Of a DNA stretch of 52,625 bases, positions 43,503 to 52,625 are shown in pieces. Origin of the DNA: an uncultured cyanobacterium (lineage in GTDB: Bacteria > Cyanobacteriota > Cyanobacteriia > Cyanobacteriales > Microcystaceae); assembly GCA_963807635.1 (NCBI GenBank), contig CAWEDJ010000055.1:1-52625 (forward strand). Direction: 5' to 3'. Numbering within the stretch: the stretch's first letter is position 1; each line of letters begins with the position of its first letter. Position numbers and translations under genes: made by a program. The notes below the pieces were generated by a model that had not been told where the DNA came from, did no database searches, and saw nothing but the letters and a program-made list of their open reading frames with translations.

Positions 43503-43964
43503 ATGATTGCTGATGATAAGTTACCCCAAGAAGGGGAAACCCTAGCAAAATATGTACGACGTATCCGTAAAAAATTAAAATTGAGCCAGGGAGAACTTGC
43601 CCAACGAGCCGAATTACATAGCCAAAGTATCGGTAAAATTGAGTTGGGAAAAACAGAACGACTCAATAGTAAAACTCTGACAAGTTTAGCGAAAACCCTA
43701 GCAATTCCAGAGGATTATCTGATTGCGGTTTGTCGTGGCATTGCGGTTTCGGAGACTGAATCTTTAAAGCTTTGTTTTGAATGTTGGCAACCTGGCTCAG
43801 AAGCCGAAGATTATTGGTTAGACCGTCGATCGCGTTTTTGTTTTCTCTGTGGTACGGGTTTAAGCGATCGCTGTTTGAGTTGTGACGCACCGATCCAGTC
43901 CTTAAAATTTCGTTTTTGTCCGTTTTGTGGTCAATCCTATAAAAAATCAGCGAAACCAGAATAA
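43503..43964 (+). CDS. XRE helix-turn-helix regulator with double zinc ribbon
   Basis: LSQGELAQRAEL..SIGKIELGK; four CxxC pairs (CFEC, CFLC, CLSC, CPFC). Confidence 0.85.
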   Translation: MIADDKLPQEGETLAKYVRRIRKKLKLSQGELAQRAELHSQSIGKIELGKTERLNSKTLTSLAKTLAIPEDYLIAVCRGIAVSETESLKLCFECWQPGSEAEDYWLDRRSRFCFLCGTGLSDRCLSCDAPIQSLKFRFCPFCGQSYKKSAKPE

Positions 43965-44001
43965 TTTTTTGATGACAAGTCATTTAGACTTCATTCAAAA
44001 A

Positions 44002-44558
44002 TCATACAGCTAATTTTTCTAAACCCATAAATAAAGCAGAAATCGTTCCTGCCACTTGAATGGTTCCTGAAAGAATATGAGCTTTTATCTCCGTTAAAGG
44101 AATTAAAATAACTTCTATTTCTTCGGTCGTATCCAAATTTTGTTTACCTGTTAAGGTCACGTCGATCGCCATAAAAAGATGAATTAACGTCTTGTCTTTA
44201 ACGGGATTATCGTAAATCTTGCCAAAGGAATTAATTCAGGAGCCTGATAGCCTGTTTCTTCTTCCAACTCACGATGGGCGGCATCTAGGCTGTTCTCCTG
44301 TTGAGGATCAAAGGTTCCCGCAGGTAACTCGATGAGAATTTTTTCGACTCCATGACGATATTGACGGACTAAAACCACTTCTTGATTTTGAGTGATGGGT
44401 AAAATCAAAACAATTTCGGGGCGAATATTAACAAAATAATCATCAACAATTAAACCATTGGGGAGTTGTACTTTATCTTGTTTTACCCGACACCATTGAT
44501 TATCAATTACGAACCTAGATTCGAGAATTTTCCATTTTTTAATCTCAGGCTTAGTCAT
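44002..44558 (-). CDS. Nudix hydrolase (ADP-ribose pyrophosphatase-like), frameshift ~44215
   Basis: LVRQYRHG..IELPAG, AAHRELEEETGY Nudix box; C-terminus continues in another frame to a stop at 44002. Confidence 0.88.
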
Positions 44559-44667
44559 TGGAGTTTATAAATATCGAAAATACCTGGCTCATAGGACAAT
44601 GCGATCGCTAATATCCAAAGTGTCGTAGGGAAATAATCTATTATGTCTTTTGATCATTTCTTGAAAA

Positions 44668-44961
44668 CTATGATTTACCCGTTTCCGCGTTAGCCTCTGT
44701 ATTCTGTTTTTCTTGAGCAAACTGTTTTTCTTGAGAATATTGTTTTTCTTGAGCAAACTGTTTTTCTTGAGAATATTGCTTTTCTTGAGCAAATTGTTTC
44801 TCTTGGGAATATTGTTTGCCTGGCGTAAACTGTTTCTCTTGGGAATATTGTTTTTCTTGAGAGTATTGTTTTTCCGCCTGGGCAGGGTAAGCGTAGGACA
44901 GCGTAAAACTAATAACCGTAAAACACACAAGGATAAAAGAAACAAAAAATTGACGAATCAT
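44668..44961 (-). CDS. Secreted small protein of ten QEKQ(Y/F)(S/A) hexapeptide repeats
   Basis: Signal peptide ending AQA; 18-bp tandem repeats at 44698-44877 with synonymous third-position variation. Confidence 0.75.
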   Translation of the reverse strand: MIRQFFVSFILVCFTVISFTLSYAYPAQAEKQYSQEKQYSQEKQFTPGKQYSQEKQFAQEKQYSQEKQFAQEKQYSQEKQFAQEKQNTEANAETGKS

Positions 44962-45160
44962 AACAATAATTTCTTAGAGGTTGATTTTTGACTTTTACAA
45001 AGTTTTTCTATCTTAGCTCTTTATAGCTTCTAAATTATTCCTGATGATGAAATATTTTTTATATCTAAGGACTAATTGATCCCTATTAACTAAGAAATAT
45101 GGGAGAGGGCGATCGCATCTTCGTCTAATTTTTTAAAACCGCGATCGCCTAAATTGAGAG

Positions 45161-46213
45161 TTAGAGAAATTGATCGACTTGTTTAGCCGTTTCAAAGAAA
45201 CAACGCACATTTTCTTCAGGAGTTCCCACCAAAACACCGTGGCCCAAATTTAAAATATGACCGCCTTTACCAGCTTTACGAACCGTATCAATAATGCGTT
45301 CCTTGATAAAAGCATGGGAACCAAATAAAACTCCTGGATCAATATTGCCCTGGACTTTCATTTGTCTTCCTAACCGTTGCCGCGCTTCAGCCATATCTAC
45401 TGTCCAATCCACGCTGACAATATCAACGCCTGATTTGCCCATGCGCTCTAGCACCCCTGCACTGCCGCTAATGTAAAGAATCAAAGGCGTGTCAGGATGG
45501 GTTTCTTTGACTTGACGCACGATTTGTTGTTGGTAGGGCAACGCAAAAATTTCATAATCTTGGGGGCTTAATTGGCCCGCCCAGGAATCGAACAGTTGAA
45601 CCACCTGGGCACCACAATCGATTTGATACCGCACATAAACCGCGATCGCGTCGGCAATCTTACTCAAAAAACTATGGAGCATGGCAGGCTGAGAAAAAGC
45701 CATCTCTTTGATCACTTTATAATCCTTAGAGCTTTTTCCTTCAATAGCATAGGCCGCCAACGTCCAGGGAGAACCCACAAAACCCAACACCGTCGATTGA
45801 TTACCCACTTCCAGCCGTAGGGTATTCAGGATTTTTTTAATAAACGGTAAAGACTCTTCAGGATTGAGGGGATGGAGTTTATCAATTTGTTCTTGAGTGC
45901 GGATCGGTGGATCAATAATCGGGCCACGGCTCTCGATAATATCAAAAGGAATCCCAATTCCAGGTAAAGGCGTAAGAATATCAGAAAACATAATCACCCC
46001 ATCAGGTTGAAATGCTCTCCAGGGTTGCAAAGAAATTTCGATCGCTAAATCTGGATTTTCTGACCGTTCACGGAAACTCGGATACTTATCCCGCAAATCC
46101 CGATAAATTTTCATATAACGTCCCGCTTGCCGCATCATCCACACGGGAGGACGGTCTACCACTTCTCCACGGGCGACTCGTAAAAGATAGGGAGTTTCCG
46201 ATACGTCTGTCAT
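45161..46213 (-). CDS. hemE: Uroporphyrinogen decarboxylase
   Basis: [33 protein letters not shown]. Confidence 0.97.
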   Translation of the reverse strand: MTDVSETPYLLRVARGEVVDRPPVWMMRQAGRYMKIYRDLRDKYPSFRERSENPDLAIEISLQPWRAFQPDGVIMFSDILTPLPGIGIPFDIIESRGPIIDPPIRTQEQIDKLHPLNPEESLPFIKKILNTLRLEVGNQSTVLGFVGSPWTLAAYAIEGKSSKDYKVIKEMAFSQPAMLHSFLSKIADAIAVYVRYQIDCGAQVVQLFDSWAGQLSPQDYEIFALPYQQQIVRQVKETHPDTPLILYISGSAGVLERMGKSGVDIVSVDWTVDMAEARQRLGRQMKVQGNIDPGVLFGSHAFIKERIIDTVRKAGKGGHILNLGHGVLVGTPEENVRCFFETAKQVDQFL

Positions 46214-46530
46214 AAATAGCTCCTATAGTAATTTTTATGCCTTTGTTAGCTTAACATTCAGGGTTAGACCTCCGATGAACTCCCCATTAATCCGTCACAT
46301 CGGTTCACAATCATTGAATTTTATCTAGCTTAAAAATATCCGATTTACCCCAAAAGTAGGTTTTCAGGAAAGATTGATTTCTCCCATTCCCTCACAATTG
46401 TTAAGAAAATTCATGAACTTTTTTAACGCTGAGGGACAAAATCACAGTGAAACCGACCTGGACTGCGTAAAATGTATCTTAAGTTTTGTCATAATTTCAC
46501 TCTACTAAACAAGAGGAGAACTCAATTACG

Positions 46531-47003
46531 ATGGCTGAATATACCCAAGTCGTCCAACCCTATAACAACGATCCGTTCACGGGCCATCTTTCTACCCCGA
46601 TTTCGGATTCTGGATTTACGAGAGCCTTGATCGGTAATCTCCCCGCCTATCGCAAAGGTCTTTCTCCCCTCATTCGGGGACTAGAGATTGGGATGGCTCA
46701 CGGTTACTTTCTTGTTGGGCCTGGACACTCCTCGGCCCCCTACGCGACTCAGATCATGCCTATCTCGGTGCTTTAATTTCGGCCTTGGCCCTAATTTTAG
46801 TAGCAACAGTAGCCCTGAGTAGCTACGGTTCGGTAACCTTCCAAGGCGGAGACAGCAGCACAGACTCCCTACAAACCGCAGACGGCTGGAGCCAATTTGC
46901 TTCTGGTTTCTTTGTGGGAGCTAGTGGTGGTGCGTGTGTTGCTTATTTTCTATTGGAAAATTTAAACGTGGTTGATGGAATTTTTCGGGGTGTTTTTAAC
47001 TAA
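46531..47003 (+). CDS. psaL: Photosystem I subunit XI (frameshift ~46720)
   Basis: [50 protein letters not shown] across two ORFs. Confidence 0.95.
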
Positions 47004-47093
47004 GGTTTAAACCAGAGTTATTACGATCCTCCTTTTTTTATCAATCTAAAAAGCCATTTTTTGTCATTACCCATCCTTTAGGAGATTTTAAAC

Positions 47094-47210
47094 ATGACTG
47101 GAGCTTATGCCGCGTCCTATTTACCTTGGATTCTAATTCCCGTTGTTGGTTGGTTATTTCCTGCTGTCACAATGGCTTTATTATTTATCCACATCGAAAG
47201 TGATGCGTAA
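47094..47210 (+). CDS. psaI: Photosystem I subunit VIII
   Basis: Hand translation [43 protein letters not shown] upstream; follows psaL. Confidence 0.95.
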   Translation: MTGAYAASYLPWILIPVVGWLFPAVTMALLFIHIESDA

Positions 47211-47249
47211 TTAGGGCATTTTAGCCACAATTACTTTTCATTAATCTTG

Positions 47250-47279
47250 ATATCTGTCTTCGGGCAGGGTATTTTGTTT
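47250..47279 (+). terminator. Probable terminator after psaLI
   Basis: ATATCTGTC-TTCG-GGCAGGGTAT followed by TTTGTTT. Confidence 0.5.
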
Positions 47280-47328
47280 AGGAGAAAACTTAGAAGAATT
47301 GCAAAAAAATGAGTTTCTAGAAATGTTT

Positions 47329-47682
47329 TTAAAATGTATCACCATTCCAACCCCACATGGAACCCGTTGCATTATTAAATTCTATATAAATGCGATTTTT
47401 CGGAACTCCTAAAACAGCTTCAATGACACTACAAAAATCGTGGCTCATGGCTTTGGTTTGGGCAGGGGTCATTGTGCCAATATTTTTAATTTCGATATAG
47501 CAAGTCGGCTTAACCGTTCCGCCAAAAGTCATTTTGACATTAGGCTCAAAAATGGTCATCACGTAGGATTCGGGTTTACCGAAATGTTGGGCTAATTTGC
47601 CTGAAAGGGTTTGCAGAAGTCCCTGGACTTGAGTTGCGGGGTCATTAATAGCGGCGGAGGTTTGGACTTTGATTAATGGCAT
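47329..47682 (-). CDS. MIF/phenylpyruvate tautomerase family protein
   Basis: True start MPLIKVQTS (catalytic Pro1); GKPESYVM, MTFGG, RIYIEF, WGWNG. Confidence 0.88.
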   Translation of the reverse strand: MPLIKVQTSAAINDPATQVQGLLQTLSGKLAQHFGKPESYVMTIFEPNVKMTFGGTVKPTCYIEIKNIGTMTPAQTKAMSHDFCSVIEAVLGVPKNRIYIEFNNATGSMWGWNGDTF

Positions 47683-48095
47683 ACAGCACTTTGCGCTAGA
47701 ATAAAAGACAACAAAAAAGACGAAAAATAAACTTATGACAATATACTCACTAGACCTAAGAGAAAGGGCATTGGCGTTGTATATCGTAGAAAAGCTGTCG
47801 ATAAGAAAAATCGCCGAAAGATTATTGATTAATACAAGTACGGTCAATGAATGGCTGAAATTGTACCGAAAGCAAGGGAATGTAAAACCGAAACGAGTAG
47901 GTTCAACAAGAAAAAGTCAATTAGAAGACTACAAGGAAGAAGTAAAAAAGATGGTAGTAGAATATCCTAATTATACTTTAGCCGAGTATTGTGAGTATTG
48001 TCTGGAAAAGATGGGTGTGGGATTGAGTGAAAGCGCAATGTGCCGTTTTTTGCAAAAAGAAAACTTAACCCGAAAAAAAAAGACATATCGCCATC
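47682..48095 (+). mobile_element. Truncated IS630-family element (left end plus HTH ORF A 47735..~48095)
   Basis: Starts at TA-CAGCACTTTGCGCT; MTIYSLDLRERAL...LTRKKKT with an A9 slippery site at ~48073; no DDE domain follows. Confidence 0.8.
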
Positions 48096-48473
48096 CTGAC
48101 CGCCCTATTGGTCTTTTTAACAGGAGTTTTCCTTAACTATGACACAATCCAACTCAGAAACTACCAACTCATCATCCCCCAATGGACAGGACTCCTCCTC
48201 GCAGGGATGACTTTCACGGTTGTGGCAGTGGATCAATTCCTACGGGGGATTGTCCGACTTGAGGAGATACAACGCCAAACTGAGGAAGAACAACGAAGAG
48301 ATGAAGAGAGAAACCGAAGCCTTGAGAAAACAGAACGCGAGACTCGTCGAACTCGAATCGAAACTCGATATCGTGTTGCAGTCATCCGATTCCAACTTAA
48401 TCCCAACAGTCTCTACCGACGACAATTAACCGATATTTTAGCTCTTTTGGAAGAATATCGAGATACGCTCTAA
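48092..48473 (+). CDS. Hypothetical membrane/coiled-coil protein, probably 5'-truncated
   Basis: AILTALLVFLTGVFLNY...TM...EEEQRRDEERNR; begins abruptly at the IS630 junction. Confidence 0.55.
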
Positions 48474-48760
48474 TCAGGATGCGATCGCATCTTTGGGGAT
48501 TTTTTTCAGGATTTATCAGTAAAAATACAGATATTTTTTGGTTTATTTTAAAGTTAAATTCAGTAGTTTCTTTTAGGACTCGTTTTGGTTTTTAAGACCT
48601 TAGTTTTATTTTCTCAAACTGTGATCAAGATCACTGCGACATAGGATCTAGATCACAGAGTCAGGGCATGATTGACAATAAGATGAACAGATATCCTAAA
48701 GTTTTGGATTTATGTAAATATTTTATTATTTTTAAGTTAAGAGTCCTAGAGGTTGCTGTT

Positions 48761-50868
48761 ATGAGTACTCGCTTTAAGTTTTTTTTGATTAATTCTTTGA
48801 GTCGCTATCGGTTTTCCCGTGATTCGGGTTTTGCGTTACCCCTGGCGATCATGGTGGGTGGTTGTATTATGATTGTTGGTTTGGCGGTGGTGATTCAGGC
48901 GCAAGGGAATCAGTCTAAGGTTGTTTCACAAGATCTGACTGCCAAAGCCAATAGTATCGCGGAGGCAGGAGTCACCCAATATATAAACTTTCTTAACAGC
49001 AACCGTGCGCTCTTGACCTATCCTGACTGTAACGCCGACCGAGATGCCAGTGGAGCTTGTCCTGATAGTGGTACTACTATAAAAAGTTGGTCTTTAGCGT
49101 CTAATATTATTCCGTCAACGCGATTGGAAGGTGGTAATGCTTGTACTAATGCAACAGCAACAACCAGTAATGCTTCGTCTACCAGTGCGTCAACTGTTTC
49201 ATCAACTTGGGCAAATGCTAATAATACCAATGGCTGGAAAACACTAAACGGCGGGCAGTATAAGTTAGTAGGCTACAAATATACCCCTTCAGCAACGGCA
49301 AATACGGCTCCAGGGGTTGCCGTTTTGGGCATTCAGGGAACGGTTGGTGACGCTAATGGTAATCAAGGAAAAGCTCAAATACATTTAACAATGCAAGTCA
49401 ATACGATCGCAGGAGGACTTGCACCGATTCCTCAAACGAATACTCCAGGTCTTTGGGCAAGAAGTTTTAGTACTGCGGCCAATGTTCATGCGAATGTACT
49501 AGATAGTTCTGGCTGTACGAGCGGTAATACTGCTTTTCCTGCCAGTAAAGTGGCTTTGATTCCTATTCAACCCATCGGTGCCTTGCCCAATGGAAACAAA
49601 ACGCCTCCCTTATCAACTACAGTGGGAGTAGTAACAAAAGACACGAATGGAACGCCTTTTCCTCCTTTACCTTATTATCCCACTGTCACTGAATTTACGG
49701 GGATTCTGTCATCCAAAGTTAATACTTTATCTAGCTGTGCCAGTAAAACGGCTTACCCTGCGAATGGCGATAAGGACGCTGATGGTAATACCTATAACTC
49801 CGCATCTCCTCCCACGACTGCTAAAGTTTATAAATATCGTATCACTGGCGACTGTACTCTTCCTAGTGGTGTCACTTTTGGGACAAGTACAGGCCAAGAC
49901 CGCATTATTATGTACATTGATGCCAATTTAGATATTGGTAATAACGCCAAAATTGGTGTTAGCGGATCAAACAGCACAAAGGTTTCATGGTTGTTAAAAA
50001 CAGATGACCTTGATCTAGGAGGAAATTCCCAGATTGGTACAGCTGCCCCCGATGCTGCAACTTCAAAGAATTGGGCTTTCTTTCTCTATAACAGTAGTGG
50101 CGGTACGGTTAGCCTTCGTGGTACGCCTGATTATTATGGTTTTATTTTTGCGCCCTATGCCAATGCTGATTTGCGAGGAAACCCCAAGATTGCGGGAGCT
50201 TTATGGGTTAATAGTTATCAAACCAATGGGGCCCCCCTAAAGTTTTCCAGGCTATTTTTAAGAGCGATTTCAATACGCTATTTTCTGACCTCTACGCAGA
50301 TACGGGAACGGATGTTTCTTCCCTTGCGACCCCGAATCTTCTCGGTGATACCAAGAATTATAGTAAACAGTCCTTTGGATCTACTGTTGTTGCTTCGGCC
50401 AGCACCAATGCGGGTAGTGCAGTCACAATTGATACGAGTACCCCTCCTAGCTACAACACAACCGCAACTTGTACGGTTCCCGCTCTTACTGGTATCAGCA
50501 TTACAGATATTGCTTCAGTAAGTGCAGTGACTGCGGCGATCTCTGGGGCCCAATTATCGGAGGGAACAGTGACTGTTGCAACTAGCGGAAATAATGGAGT
50601 GCAGACTCAAAGTCCTGCGGCTGGTACTTCAGTGAATTGCGGTTCAAATGTTAACTATACTTATAAGCTGTCAACAACAACCGCAACTTGTACAGTTCCT
50701 AATCTGACTAACATGAGAATTGGTGCAGCTCAATCTGCATGGTTAGGGGCTTTATTTACGGGAACCCTCACGAATAGTATTACCGCAGCCAATGGCAAGG
50801 CTACAATCCAAAGCTTAACCGCAGGTAGTAATCAACCCTGTTCTTCCGCGATCACTTTACGCAATTAA
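48761..50868 (+). CDS. Large type IV pilin-like/PilX-type surface protein with C-terminal PASTA-like repeats (frameshifts ~50230-50460)
   Basis: Prepilin-like motif SG|FALPLAIMVGGCIMIVGLAVV; T/S/G/N-rich; GFIFAP...GALW; repeated TATCTVP(A/N)LT. Confidence 0.75.
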
Positions 50869-50990
50869 CTTGATTTTTTCTGTGCGATCTTTTGTTACTT
50901 TTTGATCAGTAGCGCGTAGCTTGTAGGGAGTATCCCGCGTACTACAAAAATCCTAAATCTTCTTCCTAAAAATTAATGATTAAATCTATT

Positions 50991-51016
50991 GGCAGACCTC
51001 GGTTTGCCTTTTTTAT
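50991..51016 (+). terminator. Intrinsic terminator, same family as the end of the 158-bp repeat
   Basis: GGCAGACC-TC-GGTTTGCC-TTTTTT. Confidence 0.7.
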
Positions 51017-51066
51017 TACCCCTCTTTCCCCCATGCTAAAATAAAACCATTGCCAACTCAAATACA

Positions 51067-51302
51067 ATGTCACCCACAGACCAACAACTAAAAAAACTGT
51101 ATGAACTAATCCAACTTAACTGGCGATTAGTAACCTGTTATATGATTTTGCTCCCGATCCCGATAGTATTTACCCAGGATACTACCTAGCAATTTTTGGT
51201 ACTCCTATTGATAACTCTGACTATAAATTATCAAAAGTTTACTATATTTATTCCGATGGCTACTTTCTTGATGAAGACGATTTTTTAGGAGACTCCCCAT
51301 GA
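51067..51302 (+). CDS. Small protein, DUF6888-like (one frameshift ~51122)
   Basis: MSPTDQQLKKLYEL...YYIYSDG; stop overlaps the next start (ATGA). Confidence 0.5.
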
Positions 51303-51460
51303 ATACAACAAACTTAGATCATCTAAACCGAGAAGAACTTGCCCGTTTTATTGTTGCCCATCGAGAAACCCCAGAAGGAATAGAAGCTCGTCGTCTTTAT
51401 ATTCGCCGCCTAGCGAAAAAAGTAGAAAACTGTGGAACCAAATTTTATCAACTTCAATAG
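51299..51460 (+). CDS. Small protein, DUF6887-like
   Basis: MNTTNLDHLNREELARFIVAHRETPEGIEARRLYIRRL; AGGAG upstream. Confidence 0.65.
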   Translation: MNTTNLDHLNREELARFIVAHRETPEGIEARRLYIRRLAKKVENCGTKFYQLQ

Positions 51461-51470
51461 CGATCGCGTC

Positions 51471-51628
51471 GGTTCAGTTGACGAAAGAAAGCCCAAAAAT
51501 CTCCAAACATCTTTCCTTGTAACTTAACCCTAAAAATAAACTCCTTGGCATCCCCTAACCCAACCAACCACTCCAAAAAACTAAACAACAACAAACCTGA
51601 CAGACCTCACTGGTTTGCTTTTTTTTTG
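51471..51628 (+). repeat. ~158-bp direct repeat, copy A
   Basis: GGTTCAGTTGACGAAAGAAAGCCCAAAAA...CAGACC...GGTTTGC.TTTTTT, nearly identical to 52220-52379. Confidence 0.95.
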
Positions 51629-51705
51629 TCGTTATTCTCCTTTAAAACTCATGCTACAATAAAAATATTCTTACTATTGACTCCCTCGCATTTTTACTTC
51701 AAAAT

Positions 51706-51930
51706 ATGACAACAATTAATTTATCTATTCCATTTGAATCCCTAACCCAAGCCATTCAATCCCTTGGTTGGGAAGAACAGCAAAAATTATTAGAAATTCT
51801 AGAAAAGCAAAACCTTGATTCGGAAGAAGCCTGGGAAAATAGTCCAGAAATTCTGGCAGAAGTTGAAGAAGCAAGACAAGCCTATCAATCAGGAGATTAT
51901 CAAACATTAGAAGAATTTCTGTCTAATTAA
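51706..51930 (+). CDS. Putative antitoxin
   Basis: 74-aa acidic protein ending ARQAYQSGDYQTLEEF, directly upstream of a RelE-like gene. Confidence 0.75.
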   Translation: MTTINLSIPFESLTQAIQSLGWEEQQKLLEILEKQNLDSEEAWENSPEILAEVEEARQAYQSGDYQTLEEFLSN

Positions 51931-51935
51931 AAAAC

Positions 51936-52202
51936 ATGAGTTATCAAATTATTATTCCGAAACCGTCACAAAAACAATTAAAACAATTAACACCAGAAAT
52001 TTATAAAAGAATTATCGAAAAAATCGGACAATTAGCGAATGAACCTCGTCCCACAGGAACTAAAAAACTACAAGGATTTGACTAAGAATACCGAGTTAGA
52101 ATAGGCGATTACCGAGTGCGTTATGAAATTGATGATAAAACACTAACTGTTATTATTCTCAGTTGTCGTCATCGCAGAGAAGCCTACAAAGATCAACACT
52201 AA
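51936..52202 (+). pseudogene. relE: RelE/ParE-family toxin with an in-frame stop at 52083
   Basis: MSYQIIIPKPSQKQLKQL..LANEPRPTGTKKLQGFD*EYRVRIGDYRVRYEIDD..HRREAY. Confidence 0.85.
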
Positions 52203-52219
52203 AAAATTTTAGGTCTGTA

Positions 52220-52379
52220 GGTTCAGTTGACGAAAGAAAGCCCAAAAAGCTCCAAACATCTTTCCTTGTAACTTAACCCTAAAAATAAACGCGATCGCAT
52301 CCCCTAACCCAACCCAACTACTCCAAAAAACTAAACAACAACTAACCTGGCAGACCTTTGTGGTTTGCCTTTTTTATTG
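52220..52379 (+). repeat. ~158-bp direct repeat, copy B
   Basis: Matches 51471-51628; preceded by GTA to give a GTAG start; contains a HIP1 site where copy A differs. Confidence 0.95.
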
Positions 52380-52471
52380 CTTATCTCCCATCCTCAACTT
52401 ATAGATTATGCTAAGGTCTAGTAGTATATTATTTATAAACACCTTAATTAAATATGCAAAAACAATTAAAT

Positions 52472-52546
52472 ATGCAAAAACAAGAATTTTATGTCGTTAT
52501 CGAACAAGACGAAGATGGTATTTATATTAGAGAAGTAAGCTGTTAA
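52472..52546 (+). pseudogene. HicB-family antitoxin, N-terminal fragment
   Basis: MQKQEFYVVIEQDEDGIYIREV then stop; 18-bp tandem duplication over the start (52446-52481). Confidence 0.65.
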
Positions 52547-52562
52547 TGATCTAAATTGCATA

Positions 52563-52589
52563 AAGGCAAGGGGCTTAAGCCCCTTGTTA
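52563..52589. repeat. Palindromic REP (reverse orientation)
   Basis: AGGCAAGGGGCTTAAGCCCCTTGTTA. Confidence 0.9.
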
Positions 52590-52625
52590 CAGAGCTTTCA
52601 AAAGATGGCTACGCAATCTAAATGG

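Noticed and set aside
44698..44877. CRISPR or non-coding VNTR; alternative ORFs 44589..44945 and 44713..44991
   Set aside because: The 18-bp units are contiguous without spacers. Only the 44668..44961 frame has a signal peptide and synonymous variation; the others are shadow frames.
47329..47847. 172-aa N-terminally extended MIF
   Set aside because: The extension is antisense IS630 sequence; MIF needs Pro1, so the start is at 47682.
51471..52379. 158-bp repeat as a CRISPR repeat, DGR template (AAC-rich) or canonical attC
   Set aside because: Too long for CRISPR, no matching variable region differing only at adenines, and no RYYYAAC/GTTRRRY inverted core boxes evident.
1..52625. Abundant GCGATCGC palindrome as a novel signal
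   Set aside because: This is the well-known cyanobacterial HIP1 octamer.

Overview
Chromosomal window from a unicellular cyanobacterium. Evidence: abundant HIP1 octamer GCGATCGC, psaL/psaI, chlM, chlP and GUN4-domain genes; a Synechocystis-like lineage is my inference. The backbone is housekeeping: hisF, selO/ydiU, panB, chlM, tkt, fabF, acpP, ftsL/ftsI, ispE, rsmA, parA, sds, chlP, dnaA, def, hemE, psaLI. Many essential genes are broken at homopolymer runs, most likely from long-read consensus indel errors. Accessory highlights: (1) a small helical effector gene and an adjacent NB-ARC/TPR (NLR-like) gene share a 20-aa N/Q-rich motif, at the effector C-terminus and the NLR N-terminus, which is the hallmark of amyloid signalling; the pair lies among toxin-antitoxin (TA) genes and an IS5 element; (2) at the right end, an array of different TA cassettes is separated by a ~158-bp direct repeat carrying a terminator, with a promoter-like motif after each; (3) a DEDDh exonuclease-P-loop ATPase fusion is followed by an XRE/zinc-ribbon regulator; (4) a RAYT-like HUH transposase with its own palindromic REP family; (5) a KAP NTPase-FGE fusion; (6) a secreted protein built of QEKQ(Y/F)(S/A) hexapeptide repeats. 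No rRNA, tRNA, CRISPR array or reverse transcriptase was seen.
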